Below are positions 29,145-37,791 of a stretch of DNA of 41,875 nt, one piece after another. Position 1 is the stretch's first letter. Each line of letters begins with the position of its first letter. The translations under genes were made by a program, and so were the position numbers. This stretch comes from Verrucomicrobiota bacterium (GTDB taxonomy: Bacteria; Verrucomicrobiota; Verrucomicrobiia; Limisphaerales; CANJXF01). Under the pieces are notes generated by a model, which made no database searches, was not told the DNA's origin, and saw nothing but the letters and a program-made list of their open reading frames with translations. The stretch spans positions 1 through 41,875 of the forward strand of contig JBBQAX010000003.1 of NCBI GenBank assembly GCA_038316905.1, written 5' to 3'.

Positions 29145-30194
29145 TTAATAGCGGACGGTTTGGACAAATTTCACAAACGCATCCTTTTCGCGCGCCACTG
29201 TCGCTTCATCGCCCATCATTTTATAAAACCAGGTGAGTTCTCCGCGAGGAACGGTGGCTGCAATCATGCGGGCGGGCTTTCCGGTTTTGGCGTCGATGCC
29301 TTTCATATCTACTAGAGTCGCTTTTCCGCCGAGGACGTCAATCGAGGTTGTTAAACCAGCAAGTTGGGGCTGCGCGATCGGTTCAAGCGAAAGCTGCTGA
29401 CGCCAGCGGTTGACGTTGGCGAGCGTCCCGCCCACATCTCCGGGAAATTTCGTGACTGAAATCTTCGTGTTGCCCGCTGAAAAACTTTTAAAAACCATCG
29501 CGGTGGGCGGTGTTTCCTGCCAACTAGCGGGAACGTCCCATTGCGGTTCGCCGGAGGATTCGGCTTCAGGAATCTTTTCGATATTTGGGCTGACTGGGGG
29601 TTCAATCGCAGCGACCTGCGGTTCGTCATCGTCCGAATGAAACGTGATCGATTTCAAAAGCTGAACAAAAGCCGGTTTTTGTTCTGAAACGACGTCTTTG
29701 TCGCCACGCATCTTAAAGAACCACTTGGCATCTCCTTTATCCAATATCGCGGCGGTGGTTTTAAATTGTGGTCCTGCCATTTCGTAGAGCTTCCCGTTAC
29801 CGCGACCGATGACTACCGGTTCGCTTGAAATTGCGGTTTCTTCGATGGGTTCCAAACCGATTTCGCCTCTCCAACGGTTTACATTTTCCAGTTCCGTTCC
29901 TACGCGACCCGGAAAAGTGATGATCGTGACCTCAGCTCTTTTTTCGCCTTTTGTGATCCGGAAATTGCCGAGCCTCATGCTGGTTGGCGCAAGCTCTTCC
30001 CAGCCCGGAGGTGTGGTCCAATGGATGGGATGCAAATCTTCGTGAGACGACGCTGGCATCGCAGAACTGGCAGCCGCTTGAGACGCTTCTTTTGGAACGG
30101 AATAAACTTTAATCTCCTCTTTGCCACCACACCCAACGAACAACACTGGTGTGATGGCCAAAAAAAACTTCAACAAAGCGCGCTCAACATTCAT
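29145..30194 (-). CDS. Lipoprotein with two tandem homologous domains, uncharacterised, coupled to resB-ccsA
   Basis: ATG at 30194, lipobox LFVG-C22, two copies of 'WxxPxxW...FPGxVGxxLxNVNRWRxxxxLEPI...WFxKMxGD'. 0-bp gap to resB. Confidence 0.85.
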   Translation of the reverse strand: MNVERALLKFFLAITPVLFVGCGGKEEIKVYSVPKEASQAAASSAMPASSHEDLHPIHWTTPPGWEELAPTSMRLGNFRITKGEKRAEVTIITFPGRVGTELENVNRWRGEIGLEPIEETAISSEPVVIGRGNGKLYEMAGPQFKTTAAILDKGDAKWFFKMRGDKDVVSEQKPAFVQLLKSITFHSDDDEPQVAAIEPPVSPNIEKIPEAESSGEPQWDVPASWQETPPTAMVFKSFSAGNTKISVTKFPGDVGGTLANVNRWRQQLSLEPIAQPQLAGLTTSIDVLGGKATLVDMKGIDAKTGKPARMIAATVPRGELTWFYKMMGDEATVAREKDAFVKFVQTVRY

Positions 30195-30201
30195 GACTTT
30201 T

Positions 30202-31848
30202 TCACTTACCTCCGACGGACATACCGAGAAGGAATTCAATATTGCTACCGGTTTTCTTGAGCTTGTTGAGCATGAGTTCCATCGCTTCCACGGGCGGAAC
30301 GCCAGTGAGTGCGCGTCGGAGTACGACGACCTTGTTGTATTCCTCTGGATGATAAAGCAGCTCTTCTTTACGCGTGCCGGACAGCTCGATGTTGATCGAA
30401 GGGAAAATACGGCGATCCACCAAATGGCGATCAAGATGAACTTCCATATTCCCCGTGCCTTTGAATTCTTCGAAAATAACTTCGTCCATGCGCGAACCGG
30501 TATCGACCAGCGCCGTCGCCATGATCGTGAGCGAACCGCCTTCTTCGATATTTCGCGCCGCGCCGAAAAACCGTTTCGGTTTATGGAGTGCGTTCGCATC
30601 GACACCGCCGGAAAGAATTTTTCCCGAGTGCGGTTGCACCGTGTTGTAGGCGCGAGCGAGACGAGTAATTGAATCGAGCAAAATCACGACGTCGCGTTTG
30701 TGCTCGATCATGCGCTTGGCCTTTTCAATCACCATTTCGGCAACCTGCACGTGACGCTCTGGCGGTTCATCGAACGTGGATGAAATCACCTCCGCGCCAA
30801 TACAAGAACGTTCCATGTCTGTGACTTCTTCGGGCCGTTCATCGATCAGCAAAATGAACAAATACGACTCAGGATTATTTTTGAGAATCGCGTTGGCCAA
30901 TTTCTGCATCAACACTGTTTTACCCGTGCGCGGAGGAGCGACGATCAAACCACGCGTGCCTTTGCCAATCGGGCAGACCAGATCGAGAACCCGTGTGGAA
31001 AGCTCCGTGGAATCTGTTTCCAGAATGAAACGTTTCTCCGGGAACAGCGGCGTCAAATTATCGAAATGCGTTTTATCTTTCGCTTTGTCCGGCTCTTCAC
31101 CGTCAACCGCTTCAACTTTCAGCAGTGCGAAAAAGCGTTCTTTATCTTTCGGAGGACGGATTTGTCCCGCCACCAGATTTCCGGTCTGCAAATCGAAGCG
31201 GCGGATTTGCGAAGGCGAAACGTAAATGTCTTCGGGGCAAGGGAGGTAATTGAAACTGCGGGAACGCAAGAAACCAAATCCTTCCGGCAGAATTTCCAGG
31301 ACGCCTTCTGAGAAAAGCACGCCCGCGCGCTCGGCATTTTTCTGGAGAATATGGAAAATGACTTCGTGCTTGCGCATCGTGCCGAAGTTTTCCACGGCCA
31401 TTTCCCGCGCCATTTTGTTCAGCTCCGGCATCGGCATCGCCTGGAGTTTGGCGATGTTCATTGAGGGCGCGGCTCCACGGCGGTCGAGTGATGGCGACGG
31501 CGGTTCAGAGCGGGACTCAGTTTCCCGGCTGCGCGATTCTTTTTCTTTTTTGTCCAGTTCCGCCATTTCAGCGTCGGTCGGTGCTGGCAAGGACTTCGGT
31601 TTAGCTGGAGCGGAAATTTTCTCAGGAACTGGGGTTGGCGCTATAGCCTCAACGGGAGCCTCGTGTTGCGCGGATTTTGCGTGATCGACATCACGCCGAT
31701 CGGCACGACGCACGGTTGGAGCCGTTGCTCCGGGAGGGTCGAGAGGCGCTGGCGGTTGCACGATCTCCGGCAACTCAGGTTGCGGGACAGCAGCGGCTTT
31801 GGGCGTTTTAGGTTTGGGCGTTCGTTTGGTGGCAACTCTAGGAGGCAT
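30202..31848 (-). CDS. rho: Transcription termination factor Rho with long N-terminal low-complexity extension
   Basis: '[16 protein letters not shown]', '[12 protein letters not shown]', P-loop 'APPRTGKT', '[13 protein letters not shown]', '[11 protein letters not shown]'. Confidence 0.98.
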   Translation of the reverse strand: MPPRVATKRTPKPKTPKAAAVPQPELPEIVQPPAPLDPPGATAPTVRRADRRDVDHAKSAQHEAPVEAIAPTPVPEKISAPAKPKSLPAPTDAEMAELDKKEKESRSRETESRSEPPSPSLDRRGAAPSMNIAKLQAMPMPELNKMAREMAVENFGTMRKHEVIFHILQKNAERAGVLFSEGVLEILPEGFGFLRSRSFNYLPCPEDIYVSPSQIRRFDLQTGNLVAGQIRPPKDKERFFALLKVEAVDGEEPDKAKDKTHFDNLTPLFPEKRFILETDSTELSTRVLDLVCPIGKGTRGLIVAPPRTGKTVLMQKLANAILKNNPESYLFILLIDERPEEVTDMERSCIGAEVISSTFDEPPERHVQVAEMVIEKAKRMIEHKRDVVILLDSITRLARAYNTVQPHSGKILSGGVDANALHKPKRFFGAARNIEEGGSLTIMATALVDTGSRMDEVIFEEFKGTGNMEVHLDRHLVDRRIFPSINIELSGTRKEELLYHPEEYNKVVVLRRALTGVPPVEAMELMLNKLKKTGSNIEFLLGMSVGGK

Positions 31849-31991
31849 AAATTAATGAGTAATAATGGATAAATTCTGATGCAGCGGGAACACGCGTTCG
31901 AGGCAGGCAATCAACTGCACTTGTTAAGATGTCCGAAATTTGATTCTGTTCAAAAAAATTGAGCAAAACCAAAGAACGGAAAAACTTCTGC

Positions 31992-34157
31992 TCAATACGG
32001 CAAGGGGAATCTTGCGGTCAATTCGTGGACACGCTGCCTGACGGCATGGGCGGCGTCAAGATTCTTGATGTCGAGAAGCACCTCGCAAATCATGTCAGCG
32101 ATCGCCGCCATCTCCTGCTCCTTCATTCCACGGGACGTGACGGCCGGGGTGCCGAGACGAATGCCGCTCGCCTGGAAAGGTGAACGTGTTTCAAACGGGA
32201 TGGTGTTTTTGTTCACCGTAATTCCCGCTTCGTCGAGAGCGATCTGGCAATCTTTGCCGGTGATGTTGCGCGCGCCGACATCCACGAGCATCAAATGGTT
32301 TTCAGTTCCACCGCTGATGAGACGGAAGTTATTGCGCTGCATTCCTTCGGCCAGAGCTTTGGCGTTTTTAACGATCTGTTGCTGATAGCTTTTGAAACCA
32401 GGCTGCAACGCTTCAAGGAAACAAACTGCTTTCGCCGCGATCACATGCATCAGAGGACCGCCTTGAATTCCCGGAAACACCTGTGAATCAATTTCCTTCG
32501 CATATTTTTCCCCACACAAAATCAAACCGCCGCGCGGGCCGCGCAACGTTTTGTGCGTCGTCGTCGTCACGAAATCCGCATGGCCCACGGGACTCGGATG
32601 AATTCCTGCCGCCACCAAGCCGGCAATGTGTGCAATGTCCGCTAATAAATACGCGCCGACTTCACGTGCGATTTCTCCCATGCGTTTGAAATCAATGATG
32701 CGTGGATACGCGCTGGCACCGACGGTGATCATCTTTGGCTTATGTTCGCGCGCCATGGCGGCGAGTTGATCGTAATCAATCCGTTCATCTTCTTTGCGCA
32801 CGCCGTAATGAACGATTTCAAAAAACTTGCCAGAAAAATTTGCTTTGTTGCCGTGCGTCAAATGTCCGCCGTGACTCAAATCCATGGTCAACATTTTGTC
32901 GCCCGGTTTCAGGAACGCGAAATAAACGGCCATGTTCGCACCACTGCCAGAATGCGGTTGGACGTTCGCATGTTCTGCGCCGAAGAGTTCTTTCGCGCGA
33001 TCAATGGCGAGTTGCTCGACAACATCGACATTTTCACAGCCGCCATACCAACGTTTCTTCGGATAACCTTCCGCGTATTTATTGGTCAGCACTGAACCTT
33101 GCGCTTCCATCACGGCCGGGCTGGTGAAATTTTCGCTGGCGATCAGCTCAATATTTTCCTGCTGGCGCTGCTTCTCCAGAAAAATGCAGTTGGCGATTTC
33201 GGGATCGACGGCGCTGAGCTTCAAGTTCGTTGGGGTCTTGGAATTTTCCATTTTATTTACGCGGCGTTCATGACGGCCGCCTTCAAATTCGGCAGCCAAA
33301 AACGCATCAATTATTAATTTTGCCTGTTCAGGCGGTGTCATTTTTTCACCAATGCAAAGCACATTGGCGTTGTTATGGCGACGCGCCATCGTCGCCATTT
33401 CTTCACTGAAAACCAATGCGGCCCGGACGCCCGGAATTTTGTTGGCCGCGATGCTCATGCCGACTCCAGTTGTGCAAATCAAGACGCCGAGATCGTTTTT
33501 TCCTTCAGCAACATTCCTCGCGACCGCTTGTGCAAAATCTGGATAATCCGTCGAGGCAGAGGAATTCGCGCCCACATCGGTCACTGCGTACCCTTGACCC
33601 TGCAAATGATTCTTTAACGTTTCCTTCAGTGCAAATCCGCCGTGGTCCGAGCCGATCGCGACCATCGTCTTTTCTGAAGTTCGCTCAGTTGCGTTTCCAC
33701 CGGTCTGCTCGATGAACTGAAACAGCGACGCAATTCCTTGTTCAATTTGATCACGGCAATCGCAATACGTTTCGAAAGATCCCCCAATCGGATCGCTGAT
33801 GTCTTTCTCAAAAATATCGAGCGTTTCGTCGAATTCTCGCAGGAGAAACGTTTTTTCCGCCGCTTGCGGATACAGCAAATTGATCGAATCAACATGGCTG
33901 TGCGTCATGCCGAAAATATAATCCGCTTCCTGCACCAGGTTGCCCGTGAGCATGCGACTGCGCTGGCGTGAAATATCAATTCCCAGATCTTTCAGGGCGC
34001 GGACCGCGTGCGCGCTGGGCGGTTGACCATCGATGGCCCCGACCCCGGCCGACGTTACCTTTAAATCGCTTCGGCCTTTGATGGCATGACGAAAAAGGCC
34101 TTCAGCCATGGGGCTGCGGCAGATATTCCCGGTGCAAACGAAAAGGATGGTCTTCAT
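31992..34157 (-). CDS. glyA: Triple fusion: low-molecular-weight protein phosphatase + ribose-5-phosphate isomerase B + serine hydroxymethyltransferase
   Basis: One stop-free 721-aa ORF. aa ~1-150: '[14 protein letters not shown]...ISDPIGG'. aa ~165-303: 'IGSDHGG...DYPD...[14 protein letters not shown]...RRHNNANVL...[10 protein letters not shown]'. aa ~314-721: 'LIASENF...NKYAEGYP...[14 protein letters not shown]'. Confidence 0.95.
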   Translation of the reverse strand: MKTILFVCTGNICRSPMAEGLFRHAIKGRSDLKVTSAGVGAIDGQPPSAHAVRALKDLGIDISRQRSRMLTGNLVQEADYIFGMTHSHVDSINLLYPQAAEKTFLLREFDETLDIFEKDISDPIGGSFETYCDCRDQIEQGIASLFQFIEQTGGNATERTSEKTMVAIGSDHGGFALKETLKNHLQGQGYAVTDVGANSSASTDYPDFAQAVARNVAEGKNDLGVLICTTGVGMSIAANKIPGVRAALVFSEEMATMARRHNNANVLCIGEKMTPPEQAKLIIDAFLAAEFEGGRHERRVNKMENSKTPTNLKLSAVDPEIANCIFLEKQRQQENIELIASENFTSPAVMEAQGSVLTNKYAEGYPKKRWYGGCENVDVVEQLAIDRAKELFGAEHANVQPHSGSGANMAVYFAFLKPGDKMLTMDLSHGGHLTHGNKANFSGKFFEIVHYGVRKEDERIDYDQLAAMAREHKPKMITVGASAYPRIIDFKRMGEIAREVGAYLLADIAHIAGLVAAGIHPSPVGHADFVTTTTHKTLRGPRGGLILCGEKYAKEIDSQVFPGIQGGPLMHVIAAKAVCFLEALQPGFKSYQQQIVKNAKALAEGMQRNNFRLISGGTENHLMLVDVGARNITGKDCQIALDEAGITVNKNTIPFETRSPFQASGIRLGTPAVTSRGMKEQEMAAIADMICEVLLDIKNLDAAHAVRQRVHELTARFPLPY

Positions 34158-34213
34158 TCCCGCGTAATGAATTTAAAAGTGGGGTGCGTCGCTGAGATCG
34201 TCAACGGCGAAAA

Positions 34214-35278
34214 TTAATTGCGACGGTTTTGTTGCACGACGGACAGGCCTTTCAGCAAATCCAGCGCGCGAACCAGCGCGGGATCAGTGATGACCGGTTT
34301 GTCTGGCGCAACCTCTTTTGCGGAAGCCTCTAAAAATTCCCCAACGGATATTCCTTCGCGTTGCATGCGAACCAGTTCAGCTTCGTTCAAACGACGACGT
34401 GGGCGGTTGGTTTCCGAGTTGCGCGCAAGATTGTTGGTCTCGGAGCCGCTCATCAAAACAACTTTGGGCAACTCACGATAAGGATCTTCGTAAAACTTCT
34501 TTTCATCCTCCGCGTTCAAGACGATTTCAATATCGGGCTTCAAACCTTCGGTCGGAATTTCATGGCCGTTTCCAAGTTTCACGGGTGCGGACGCGATCTT
34601 GATTTTTTGTCCATTCGAGAGCGGAAACTCTTTGAACACGCTCGCCTGGCCAGCGGTGTTCGTCCCGATGATCAGAGCGATATTTGCCTCGCGCAACATT
34701 CCCGCCAGCGCTTCCGCCGCGCCGGATGTCTCGTGATTTACCAGCACCGCGACTGGAACGGAAATGGCGTTGGTCTTGCCCGTCGCTTTCACTGACTGCT
34801 CGCCCCAATTCAGAAGCGGTTGTCCGCCGCTGAAGAATAAATCAGCCGTTTTCGCCGCTGCTGGGTAATCGGTTCCACGCGCAAAACGCAAATCCAGCAC
34901 CAGCCCTTTGACCTTGTTGGTGGAAATTAATTTCTGATAACTCGATCTAAACTGGTCGTTGACCCCGCTTTCGATTTGGGCAAAGCGAAAATATCCGAAG
35001 GCGTTGTCGTAGGTGGAGACCTTGCTCAAGGTATTCGAGCCACCCGCCGCAGGCGAATCCTTGGTCACGAGCACCACGCGAGATGGCAATGCGTCGAGCA
35101 AACCACGCACTGCCGCGCGATTCAGTTCCGATTCACTTAAGCCACTGCTATTCGTACGCAACAACTGATAAACCTCGTCAAAACTCGGCAAGGTTTCTGT
35201 TTGAGCCAACACGGCGCTGGTAGTCGCCCAAAAACTTAAAAGCCCTGCTAAAAACAAATTGATCCCTGCTCGTTTCAT
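34214..35278 (-). CDS. Exported S41/tail-specific protease-like protein, probably catalytically inactive
   Basis: Signal peptide, 'GYFRF', 'GLVLDLR', 'PVAVLVNHETSGAAEALAG', 'IIGTNTAGQA', 'GLKPDIEI', 'DPALVRALDLL' follow the S41 fold. Catalytic Ser and Lys appear substituted and there is no PDZ domain. Confidence 0.8.
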   Translation of the reverse strand: MKRAGINLFLAGLLSFWATTSAVLAQTETLPSFDEVYQLLRTNSSGLSESELNRAAVRGLLDALPSRVVLVTKDSPAAGGSNTLSKVSTYDNAFGYFRFAQIESGVNDQFRSSYQKLISTNKVKGLVLDLRFARGTDYPAAAKTADLFFSGGQPLLNWGEQSVKATGKTNAISVPVAVLVNHETSGAAEALAGMLREANIALIIGTNTAGQASVFKEFPLSNGQKIKIASAPVKLGNGHEIPTEGLKPDIEIVLNAEDEKKFYEDPYRELPKVVLMSGSETNNLARNSETNRPRRRLNEAELVRMQREGISVGEFLEASAKEVAPDKPVITDPALVRALDLLKGLSVVQQNRRN

Positions 35279-35328
35279 GGAGGAAACCTGCGCGACAAGA
35301 AACCGAAAGTAAAGCGACGAGGAATTCG

Positions 35329-35398
35329 TCGTAGCCGCGCTCGCCAGAGGGTGGCGTTGATAATCCGGAACGCCACCCTCTGGCGAGCGCGGCTACGA
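35329..35398. repeat. Perfect 30-bp inverted repeat; GTAG-type REP doublet (REPIN-like)
   Basis: TCGTAGCCGCGCTCGCCAGAGGGTGGCGTT (35329-35358), a 10-nt loop, and its exact reverse complement (35369-35398). Each arm has GTAG followed by an imperfect internal palindrome. Confidence 0.85.
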
Positions 35399-35443
35399 AA
35401 TTCCTTGTCGGATTCCGCCAACCTGCGGCGATACACTTCTGAA

Positions 35444-36895
35444 ATGAACGATTCCGACCTGCAACTATTGCAAAGCTACACGCGAAACAATTCGCAGGAT
35501 TCATTCACCACGTTGGTTAATCGCCATTTGAATCTGGTTTTCTCAGCAGCCTTGCGCCAGGTCCATTCACCGCAATTAGCCGAGGAAATTTCTCAATCTG
35601 TTTTCGCCGATCTCGCCCGCAGCGCGAACAAACTCAAGCCCGACACCATTCTCACCGCGTGGCTTTATGAAGTGACGCGCCGCACCGCGATTGATGTCGT
35701 GCGCCGCGAATCCCGCCGCCAACTCCGCGAAAAAGTCGCCCACGAACTCACCGCCATGAATGCCACCGCCGACGATTGGACTGACATCGAACCGTTCCTC
35801 GACGAAGCCATGCACGCGCTCGACGCCACCGACCGCGCCGCCGTCCTGCTCCGCTATTTCGAGAACAAAACACTGCGCGAAGTCGGCGAAACACTCGGCA
35901 CATCCGACGATGCCGCGCAAAAACGCGTGAGCCGAGCGGTGGAACGATTGCGGGAATTCTTCACCAAACGCGGCGTGACCACCGGTGCGAGCGGGTTGGT
36001 TGTGGTGATTTCCGCCAATGCCGTTCAAGCCGCGCCGATTGGTTTGGCCGCAACCATTTCAACCGCCGCAATCCTGGGCGGAGCAACTCTTGCCGCGACC
36101 ACAACTGCAACTCTCACCAAAACCCTCGTTATGACCACACTGCAAAAAACATTGATTACCGCTACGCTCGTCGCCGCCGTCGGCACTGGAATTTACGAAG
36201 CCCGCCAAGCCTCGCAATTGCGCGAACAGAACCAGACGCTCCAGCAACAGCAGTTGTCCTTGAGCGAGCAAATCCAGCGGTTGCAACAGGAACGTGATGA
36301 TGCGACGAACCGGCTGGCTTCGCTGGCGGAAGAGATCGGGAAGACCAAAAGCAATAATTCAGAATTATTGAAACTGCGCGGAGAGATCGGTGCTCTTCGC
36401 AGACAAACTCAAATGCTGGCAAAAACAAACGTCACCCAAACAAACGCGGAACCAATTCCATCTCTCAGCAAAGGTTTCGGCGCTTTAGGGGAATATCTTC
36501 ATTCCGAGAATATTTCTGATGTTGGTAACAGTACGGCCGAAGCTTTATTGCAGACATTTGTGTGGGCGATTCGTGAAAGCAGAGTAGATAGGCTTGAGCA
36601 AATCGGTGGACCGTTCGGTGGCCAGAGTGAACCCGGAGACGTGGTTGGTGAAATCTCAAAATCTCAAGCTGGAATGTTCAAGATGATACAGAGCGCATTT
36701 ACCAACGCCGCTGGCTTTCGCTTAAGCTCAAAGCCAGGCAACGACGGTCAAAGTTATGAAGTGCGGCTTGAGGCCGAACCGCTTGACGGAAACCAAAGCA
36801 ACGACTTCGTGAAAAATTTCCACATGTCATTCGTGGTTGAGCAAAAAGACAACGGATGGAGTTTCGGCGATCCAAACGGGTTCAATTCTAAATGA
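35444..36895 (+). CDS. ECF sigma-70 factor with C-terminal hydrophobic segment, coiled coil and extra domain (PVC membrane-anchored type)
   Basis: ATG at 35444. Sigma-2 'LVNRHLNLVFSAALRQ...AEEISQSVF...AWLYEVTR', sigma-4 'DRAAVLLRYFENKTLREVGETLGTSDDAAQKRVSRAVERLR', then an Ala/Thr-rich hydrophobic stretch, a Gln-rich coil and a ~140-aa tail. Confidence 0.92.
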   Translation: MNDSDLQLLQSYTRNNSQDSFTTLVNRHLNLVFSAALRQVHSPQLAEEISQSVFADLARSANKLKPDTILTAWLYEVTRRTAIDVVRRESRRQLREKVAHELTAMNATADDWTDIEPFLDEAMHALDATDRAAVLLRYFENKTLREVGETLGTSDDAAQKRVSRAVERLREFFTKRGVTTGASGLVVVISANAVQAAPIGLAATISTAAILGGATLAATTTATLTKTLVMTTLQKTLITATLVAAVGTGIYEARQASQLREQNQTLQQQQLSLSEQIQRLQQERDDATNRLASLAEEIGKTKSNNSELLKLRGEIGALRRQTQMLAKTNVTQTNAEPIPSLSKGFGALGEYLHSENISDVGNSTAEALLQTFVWAIRESRVDRLEQIGGPFGGQSEPGDVVGEISKSQAGMFKMIQSAFTNAAGFRLSSKPGNDGQSYEVRLEAEPLDGNQSNDFVKNFHMSFVVEQKDNGWSFGDPNGFNSK

Positions 36896-36932
36896 TGGGA
36901 TCGAGACAGTTAGGGGGAATATTAATCCTTTT

Positions 36933-37036
36933 AAAAACGCCAGAGAACTGGCGCACTCCAAGACGCTTCTCGAAGTTTGGGGGTCACCGGAAAGGGCGGC
37001 AGCGTCTTGGAGTGCGGTGGTCCTCTGCCGCTTTTT
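36933..37036. repeat. TGGA-type REP-like inverted doublet
   Basis: 16-bp perfect inverted core CGCACTCCAAGACGCT (36952-36967) / AGCGTCTTGGAGTGCG (37001-37016). Each arm carries its own outer hairpin (CGCCAG-agaa-CTGGCG; GCGGTGG-tcct-CTGCCGC). Confidence 0.75.
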
Positions 37037-37063
37037 CGTCGCCTATATTGTGATATTGCAAGC

Positions 37064-37122
37064 TGGCACTTTGTTGCCATTAAAATTGCCATTGGCCATA
37101 CCATAAACCATAATGATGCCAT
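37064..37122 (+). promoter_or_regulatory. Putative autoregulatory operator of the AbrB/VapC operon
   Basis: Inverted TGGCA-N6-TGCCA (37064-37079) and six CCAT copies between 37077 and 37122, directly before the antitoxin ATG. Confidence 0.45.
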
Positions 37123-37369
37123 GAAGTTCACGATTCCAATGGATCAATCCGGGCGATTGGTTCTTCCCAAAAAGATCCGGCAATCGCTCAATGCCCCGTC
37201 CACCGCCCTGTTCAATGCCGAAGTGCTCGGCAACCGGCTGGAACTGACTTTGGCCGAACCGAATTCGACCCGACTTCGACGCAAAGGAAAACTTTTGGTC
37301 GTCTCCAAACAAGGTGTGGCGGCGGACGCGGTCAAAGCCGTGCAGGAAACGCGCAATGACCGGTTATGA
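37121..37369 (+). CDS. AbrB/MazE/SpoVT-family antitoxin (VapB-like)
   Basis: 'MKFTIPMDQSGRLVLPKKIRQSL' swapped-hairpin motif, 82 aa, ATGA overlap with the PIN toxin. Confidence 0.88.
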   Translation: MKFTIPMDQSGRLVLPKKIRQSLNAPSTALFNAEVLGNRLELTLAEPNSTRLRRKGKLLVVSKQGVAADAVKAVQETRNDRL

Positions 37370-37788
37370 TTGAATTCTTTGATACGACCGTTCTGGTCGC
37401 AGCGATGGTGGAAGACGAGAATCACCATGAGTCTTGCCGAAAACTTTTGGAGTCAGCCAAGGACGGATATGCCAGCACTCATTCTTTGGCGGAATGTTAC
37501 GCCACGCTTACGGGCGGACGTCTGGGAATTCAATTGTCGCCAAAAGACGCCGCCGACCTGATCCGCCATAATGTTCACGATCAGCTTTCCATGGTTAGCC
37601 TATCACCTTCCGAATACCTGAAGCTGTTGGAAGTGGCAGGGCCAGTTGGCGCGAGAGGCGGAGCGGTTTACGATCTTTTGTTGCTTAATTGCGCGCGGAA
37701 AGTGAAAGCCGAAAAAATCTACACGTTGAATCGAAGACATTTCATCGCGCTCGCGCCAGAGTTGTCGGAATCGATTTTGTCGCCGTGA
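37366..37788 (+). CDS. vapC: VapC-family PIN-domain toxin
   Basis: 'FFDTTVLVA', 'HSLAECY', 'AVYDLLL...A', 'IYTLNRRHF'; 140 aa. Confidence 0.9.
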   Translation: MIEFFDTTVLVAAMVEDENHHESCRKLLESAKDGYASTHSLAECYATLTGGRLGIQLSPKDAADLIRHNVHDQLSMVSLSPSEYLKLLEVAGPVGARGGAVYDLLLLNCARKVKAEKIYTLNRRHFIALAPELSESILSP

Positions 37789-37791
37789 AAA

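Noticed and set aside
30195-30605. 486-aa version of the lipoprotein ORF
   Set aside because: The extra 137 codons are an alternate frame within rho; the lipoprotein signal begins at ATG 30194.
35351-35443. GTG-started N-terminal extension of the ECF sigma, and the similar extension 36977-37120 of the AbrB antitoxin
   Set aside because: Both run through REP-like repeats; family-typical starts are at 35444 and 37121.
37064-37078. Sigma-54 promoter-like TGGCAC...TTGC
   Set aside because: GG-to-GC spacing is 9 nt rather than the required 10; better explained as a TA operator.
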